64,000 bases of DNA from a bacterium. GTDB taxonomy: Bacteria > Omnitrophota > Gorgyraeia > Zapsychrales > Zapsychraceae. A model generated the notes under the pieces. It was given only the letters and a program-made list of their open reading frames with translations. It searched no databases and had not been told where the DNA came from. The first letter of the stretch is position 1. Every line of letters starts with the position of its first letter. The DNA is taken from assembly GCA_030429765.1 (NCBI GenBank), contig JAUIER010000002.1:194239-258238 (forward strand), read 5' to 3'. Positions 59,828-64,000 of the stretch are shown piece after piece. The position numbers and the translations under genes were made by a program.

Positions 59828-62800
59828 CCACCGCCTCCGTGCTGTACGTATCCAGATATAGAATATAACCGCTGACGGTTTTATCCGGATAGAGCGATTT
59901 GAGGATATCGACATATTCGGACACCTGCTGATGAGACTTGCGTCGGTCCGCCGCTGAACTTTTATAGTCCACCACCCAAACCTCATTCTCAAAAACGAGG
60001 AGCCGGTCAATGCGTTTGGAATGACCGAGCCGGTTGATGACCTCACGCTCGGTAAAGACACGCGCGCCCTCAGGTCGAAAGAATCGTTGAAAGGCCTGTG
60101 CGTTGAGAATATTAATAAGTCTATCTCTATAATCCTCCACCTTATCCAGCCCCGGATAATCAAACTCTATCACCTCAAGACACTCATCCACTATCTGTTC
60201 GATATCCGTCCCGTTCAAATCTCCCATCCTCGCCAACATGGAATGCAGGATGGTACCCTCCTTACGCGCCGCGTATGATTCCAGCCGCTGGCTGGCGAGA
60301 TGTTCATCACTCAAATAATCCATCCAGTTATGGCGCGTCTCACACGCTAATGTCAATTCAGACTCCTCCACCGCCCTGGATTCAGATGGCCTCGCTGATG
60401 GTTCACCGCATTCGTACATTTCTTCCGGAACCAAAAAGTTCGCGATATTAAAGCTGTTGCCCGCTTTTTGCGGGATAAAGGCATACAACTCCTCACTCGC
60501 CCTTGTCAGCGCCACATAAACATTATTGAGTTCCGACATCAATGACTGCTTGTACTCCTTTCGGTAAATTTGATACAGCGCGTCGGAATACTTGTAATAG
60601 GTTTTTTTAAGACGCAGCAATTGCATGTGATCTCGATGCCGCTGCATCACGTAGGATTGCGCCGATTCGCTGGATTTGGAACCAACCTGAACATTCATCG
60701 CCAAGAACGGAACGATGACCACGGGAAACTCCAATCCTTTGGACTTATGGATCGTCAGGATCTTGACCGCATTCTGGTCCGGCATCCGGACATACAAACT
60801 TTCACCCTGAAGATTTTCAAAATATTCCAGGAATGATGCCACATCCGAATGCTCCTCCTCACGCTTCTTGATCAGCTCCAGCAAGTGCATAAAAAAACCG
60901 TGCTCGTCCGGAAAATTTGACAGACACCCCATTCGGTCATAGGCACTGATACACAATTCATACAATGGAAACAGCCCGACATTCTGATAAAATTCTTCGT
61001 AATATGTCTGCCACAGCTCATCAAATTCGGTACGGAAGCTTTGGTATAAATAGTAATCACGCTGATGCAGCATGGCCTCGCGGCAGCGAAAAACAAAGGC
61101 TTCAAATTCCTGGACGGGCCGCCCGGTGGCCTGACTGAACACATCACTCATGATAAACCGGGCGAAGGCCCGATTATCAATCGGTGAATTTAAAAATTGG
61201 AGAAATTCCAGAAACTCCGCGATGTGCTGATTCTCACGAATATCCGACGTACGCTCTGACTCCACCGGTATGTCGGCATCTAACAGCCACCCGGTCACCA
61301 GCTCGATCTGAGAATTATTCCGCGTTAAAATTGCGATGTCACCAAACTCAAACCGGCCCCGCACACCCTCCATCACCTCAAGAACCTCTTCACGCGTCAT
61401 CTCAACTCCTTCGTCCTTGGAGCCGGCATCGACATGACGGATGCGGACATATCCGCCATCCAACGATGGCTGGGCCTGCTGCTGCGAAGATTCAAAGACA
61501 TTCGACAGTTCCCGAAAATCATCGCCATGAAATTCAACCCGGGCGTCTGTCTTTTTATCGCGTTCGCGCTGTTCTTTCTGCGCGATAAACCGGTTCAAAT
61601 TGGACACCGAAAATACGGCATTGTTGAATTCCACGATCTGACGTTGACTGCGATAATTATTCAAAAGCGGTTCGGTTTTGACGTAGTCATGAAAATCGCG
61701 TTTGATCTCGTCAAACAGTTTGACATCTCCCCCGCGAAATCCGTAGATCGCCTGCTTACGATCGCCCACATAAAATAACGATCCGCCGGTTGATAACGCT
61801 TCTTCCGGCATCATCCGGAGATTGGACCACTGCAGACGGCTGGTGTCCTGAAACTCATCAATCAGATAGTGGGATATCCGTGTCGCGATACGAAAGTACA
61901 GTTCTTCAACCGTAATCCCTTCAGCATCAAACAGATTTCGGGCGCGTTTATTGAGCTCTTCCAGAAACAACACATCGTCACGCGCGGCGTCTTCATAAAA
62001 CAGAGTCATCACTTGCTGATAAACATCAACATACGGATTGTACAATCCGTAGGCCTCTTCATGACACAACCGGGCCATATCGGTGCGAATCACGTCCCAT
62101 AACTGAAAGACATCGGCCGATGCCTGAGCGCCTTTGTTCAAAGGCGGTTCCTCTTTGGCAAAATTGGGAACGCTATCGATATCGAAGATCGATTCATGAC
62201 TATCAATAAACTTTTTAAGCCCTTTACGAAAAGCTGCATTGGTTCGCTCCGGCAAAACATCATCCAACAGTTTGATGCGTTCAAGCAGTTTGCGTTTGAC
62301 CTCATTGATCTTCTTGCTACCGGAACGGCTTCGCTCATACTCCAATCCGTAAGTATTATTCTGATCATAGAGTGCCTTGACCACGCTCAGAATTTCAGCC
62401 TTGGGAAACCAGCCTTTGCGGTTTTCCAGGTACAGATAATTATTCAGAAACTCCTCAAACATCATGCGCACATCCGGATCAAAGGAGGCCTGATCCACCA
62501 AGCGATCCAGACTCACCTGAAGATAATCCATGGCCGTGGTCTTGATCTTAAAACTGGATGTGAGTCCAATGGTAAACGCACAGCCGGATAACAAGGTGTT
62601 AATAAATTTATCAATCGTTTGAACTTGAAAGAAATGGTAGGAGTGAATGATGCCTTCCATAATATGAAAGGCCTTCTCACGCGCAATGTCAGGATCCAAT
62701 CCCAGCGGATCCAGAATGTTGGTCCGGTCCGCCGGCTTGAGCTGATCCAGGGCAATGGCCTTGAGAAAATAAAGGATCCGTTCTTTCATCTCAAACGCCG

Positions 62801-62993
62801 CCTTGTTGGTAAAGGTCAGCGCCAGGACATTCTTGATCGGAAGCCGTTCCTCTTTGAGATCATACATCATCAATAACTGAACATAGCGCTTGGCCAGCGC
62901 GTAGGTCTTCCCCGATCCCGCGGAGGCCTCAACCACTCGGACTTCAGGAAACTGATAGATCACAGACGATTCGGATGACTTGAGTTGATTCAT
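59820..62993 (-). CDS. addA: AddA-like UvrD helicase-nuclease
   Basis: ASAGSGKT, TFTNKA, IDEFQDT, VGDRKQAIY, TIHKSKGLEF, YVALTRA and C-terminal RIDRL...VDYKS nuclease. Confidence 0.9.
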   Translation of the reverse strand: MNQLKSSESSVIYQFPEVRVVEASAGSGKTYALAKRYVQLLMMYDLKEERLPIKNVLALTFTNKAAFEMKERILYFLKAIALDQLKPADRTNILDPLGLDPDIAREKAFHIMEGIIHSYHFFQVQTIDKFINTLLSGCAFTIGLTSSFKIKTTAMDYLQVSLDRLVDQASFDPDVRMMFEEFLNNYLYLENRKGWFPKAEILSVVKALYDQNNTYGLEYERSRSGSKKINEVKRKLLERIKLLDDVLPERTNAAFRKGLKKFIDSHESIFDIDSVPNFAKEEPPLNKGAQASADVFQLWDVIRTDMARLCHEEAYGLYNPYVDVYQQVMTLFYEDAARDDVLFLEELNKRARNLFDAEGITVEELYFRIATRISHYLIDEFQDTSRLQWSNLRMMPEEALSTGGSLFYVGDRKQAIYGFRGGDVKLFDEIKRDFHDYVKTEPLLNNYRSQRQIVEFNNAVFSVSNLNRFIAQKEQRERDKKTDARVEFHGDDFRELSNVFESSQQQAQPSLDGGYVRIRHVDAGSKDEGVEMTREEVLEVMEGVRGRFEFGDIAILTRNNSQIELVTGWLLDADIPVESERTSDIRENQHIAEFLEFLQFLNSPIDNRAFARFIMSDVFSQATGRPVQEFEAFVFRCREAMLHQRDYYLYQSFRTEFDELWQTYYEEFYQNVGLFPLYELCISAYDRMGCLSNFPDEHGFFMHLLELIKKREEEHSDVASFLEYFENLQGESLYVRMPDQNAVKILTIHKSKGLEFPVVIVPFLAMNVQVGSKSSESAQSYVMQRHRDHMQLLRLKKTYYKYSDALYQIYRKEYKQSLMSELNNVYVALTRASEELYAFIPQKAGNSFNIANFLVPEEMYECGEPSARPSESRAVEESELTLACETRHNWMDYLSDEHLASQRLESYAARKEGTILHSMLARMGDLNGTDIEQIVDECLEVIEFDYPGLDKVEDYRDRLINILNAQAFQRFFRPEGARVFTEREVINRLGHSKRIDRLLVFENEVWVVDYKSSAADRRKSHQQVSEYVDILKSLYPDKTVSGYILYLDTYSTEAVDG

Positions 62994-63087
62994 AAGATTT
63001 GATTCACTGGTGTTGGTGAGTGACTCATTATACTATCATTGGGTAGGATTGAAAATACCGGAATAAGATTCCGGACTGGAAGGCAAC

Positions 63088-63120
63088 AAAAAAGCCCCGT
63101 TTCTTTCAGTGAAACGGGGC
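63088..63120 (-). terminator. Intrinsic terminator of the small-ORF transcript
   Basis: GCCCCGTTTC-7 nt loop-GAAACGGGGC followed by T6. Confidence 0.88.
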
Positions 63121-63147
63121 CTCATAAGGATGATATATAATTATGTA

Positions 63148-63237
63148 TTAAAGTAATACGCTAGATTCATCCCAGGAAAAGATTTCTCTTTCTTCGTTCG
63201 TTGTCTGGATAGGTTTATCCTCTTTCCATTCTGCCAT
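63148..63237 (-). CDS. Small acidic peptide (29 aa), not in the ORF track
   Basis: MAEWKEDKPIQTTNEEREIFSWDESSVLL; GGAGG 5 nt before the ATG; flanked by a promoter and a terminator. Confidence 0.7.
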   Translation of the reverse strand: MAEWKEDKPIQTTNEEREIFSWDESSVLL

Positions 63238-63302
63238 AGTAGCCTCCAATCTTTGTGGTACCTTAATTAAGTACGAATTGCTTAATTCTCAAGGTACTGA
63301 AG

Positions 63303-63330
63303 AATATAATACATTTAGACTAAAATGCAA
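63303..63330 (-). promoter_or_regulatory. Putative promoter of the small ORF
   Basis: TTGCAT-N16-TATATT with TG just upstream; predicted start coincides with a 5' hairpin. Confidence 0.55.
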
Positions 63331-63443
63331 GGACTTTTTAGAGCAGAGTTGTAAACTATTGCTATATATTGCTTTAAAATCCAGTCAAAATAGGCATTCA
63401 ATAGCGTACTTCTTGAGCGCCTTAAAATTGGGCAATCTCCTCT

Positions 63444-63731
63444 CTACTTTGACAGATCCTTCTTGTAGGCGCAATCTTGGTCTCCGGGCCATGATTTGTG
63501 AAGAATATCCCGGATAGGAACGCATCGAAAAGGCCGTCCGCCAACCGTTTTATGCAGTCCGAAACGTTCGGTGTAAATCGAGCAGTAATATCCCCCCTTC
63601 TTGAACCGACGCAAATGTTCACACGGGTCACCCTCTACTACACCGCAACATGCCCCGCAACGAGAACACCTGGCTTCCCACTCGCGTTGACATTGCTCCA
63701 GAAATTTTTGATACTCACGATCGTCACTCAT
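63444..63731 (-). CDS. YkgJ/CxxCxxCC-family Cys-cluster protein
   Basis: CSRCGACC...PCEHL...CSIYTER...C...C pattern. Confidence 0.8.
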   Translation of the reverse strand: MSDDREYQKFLEQCQREWEARCSRCGACCGVVEGDPCEHLRRFKKGGYYCSIYTERFGLHKTVGGRPFRCVPIRDILHKSWPGDQDCAYKKDLSK

Positions 63732-63741
63732 CTAAAAACTG

Positions 63742-64000
63742 CTATTGTTCTGCCACCAAAACCTTGTACTTACGCGCCATCGACTTTTGTTTGACATACA
63801 TCAAATCACGTTGCCGAAACCAATAGGTTCGGCTGAAGTACTTGGCAAATCCGGCCTCGGCGGCCCAATAAATCTTAACGGCTTCAACCGATTCGCCGTT
63901 CACATGAATCGTTTCAAGCCCCTGACTTTCGGCCACCATTTTATAAACCTTCAGATTATCATGACGTATCCCCCAAAACGTCATCCGCTCCTGCCCCGAT
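63742..64000 (-). CDS. Hypothetical protein, probably 5'-truncated by the window edge
   Basis: The frame stays open to position 64000; beta-strand-rich sequence with no recognised family. Confidence 0.55.
   Translation of the reverse strand, partial: SGQERMTFWGIRHDNLKVYKMVAESQGLETIHVNGESVEAVKIYWAAEAGFAKYFSRTYWFRQRDLMYVKQKSMARKYKVLVAEQ

Noticed and set aside
63148-63237. Type I toxin-antitoxin toxin
   Set aside because: The peptide is acidic and hydrophilic with no TM helix, its RBS is not sequestered, and no antisense unit is evident.

Overview
Core-genome window of a bacterium, most likely from the PVC superphylum; Candidatus Omnitrophota is my best guess from gene order and protein style, not from a search. 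Every credible gene is on the minus strand, so transcription runs right to left. The order is: partial ORF, a CxxCxxCC protein, an unannotated 29-aa small ORF with its own promoter, RBS and terminator, addA-addB, yggS-proC-mtnP, a 2-Cys dksA-lspA-rluD, a coiled-coil membrane protein, aroA and mreBCD-mrdA-rodA. Next comes a ~14.5-kb type IV pilus locus: a stand-alone MshEN protein, two tandem PilB/GspE ATPases, pilC, a coiled-coil protein, a c-di-GMP-I riboswitch, a major pilin, three minor pilins and pilMNOPQ. It is followed by rng, rplU-obg (rpmA missing), proBA-nadD-phosphohexomutase-plsC, rpsA and tyrS. The window ends with tRNA-Thr, rpmG, tRNA-Trp, secE-nusG-rplKAJL-rpoBC-rpsLG-fusA-tuf and the S10 operon up to a truncated rpsC. 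I saw no mobile element or CRISPR array. Three candidates stand out. (1) A possibly multi-level c-di-GMP-controlled pilus system: the MshEN-only protein, two ATPases with degenerate MshEN motifs, and a riboswitch lying between two promoters. (2) The monocistronic acidic 29-aa peptide next to addAB. (3) Loss of rpmA from its usual position together with remodelled ribosome-contacting loops in Obg.
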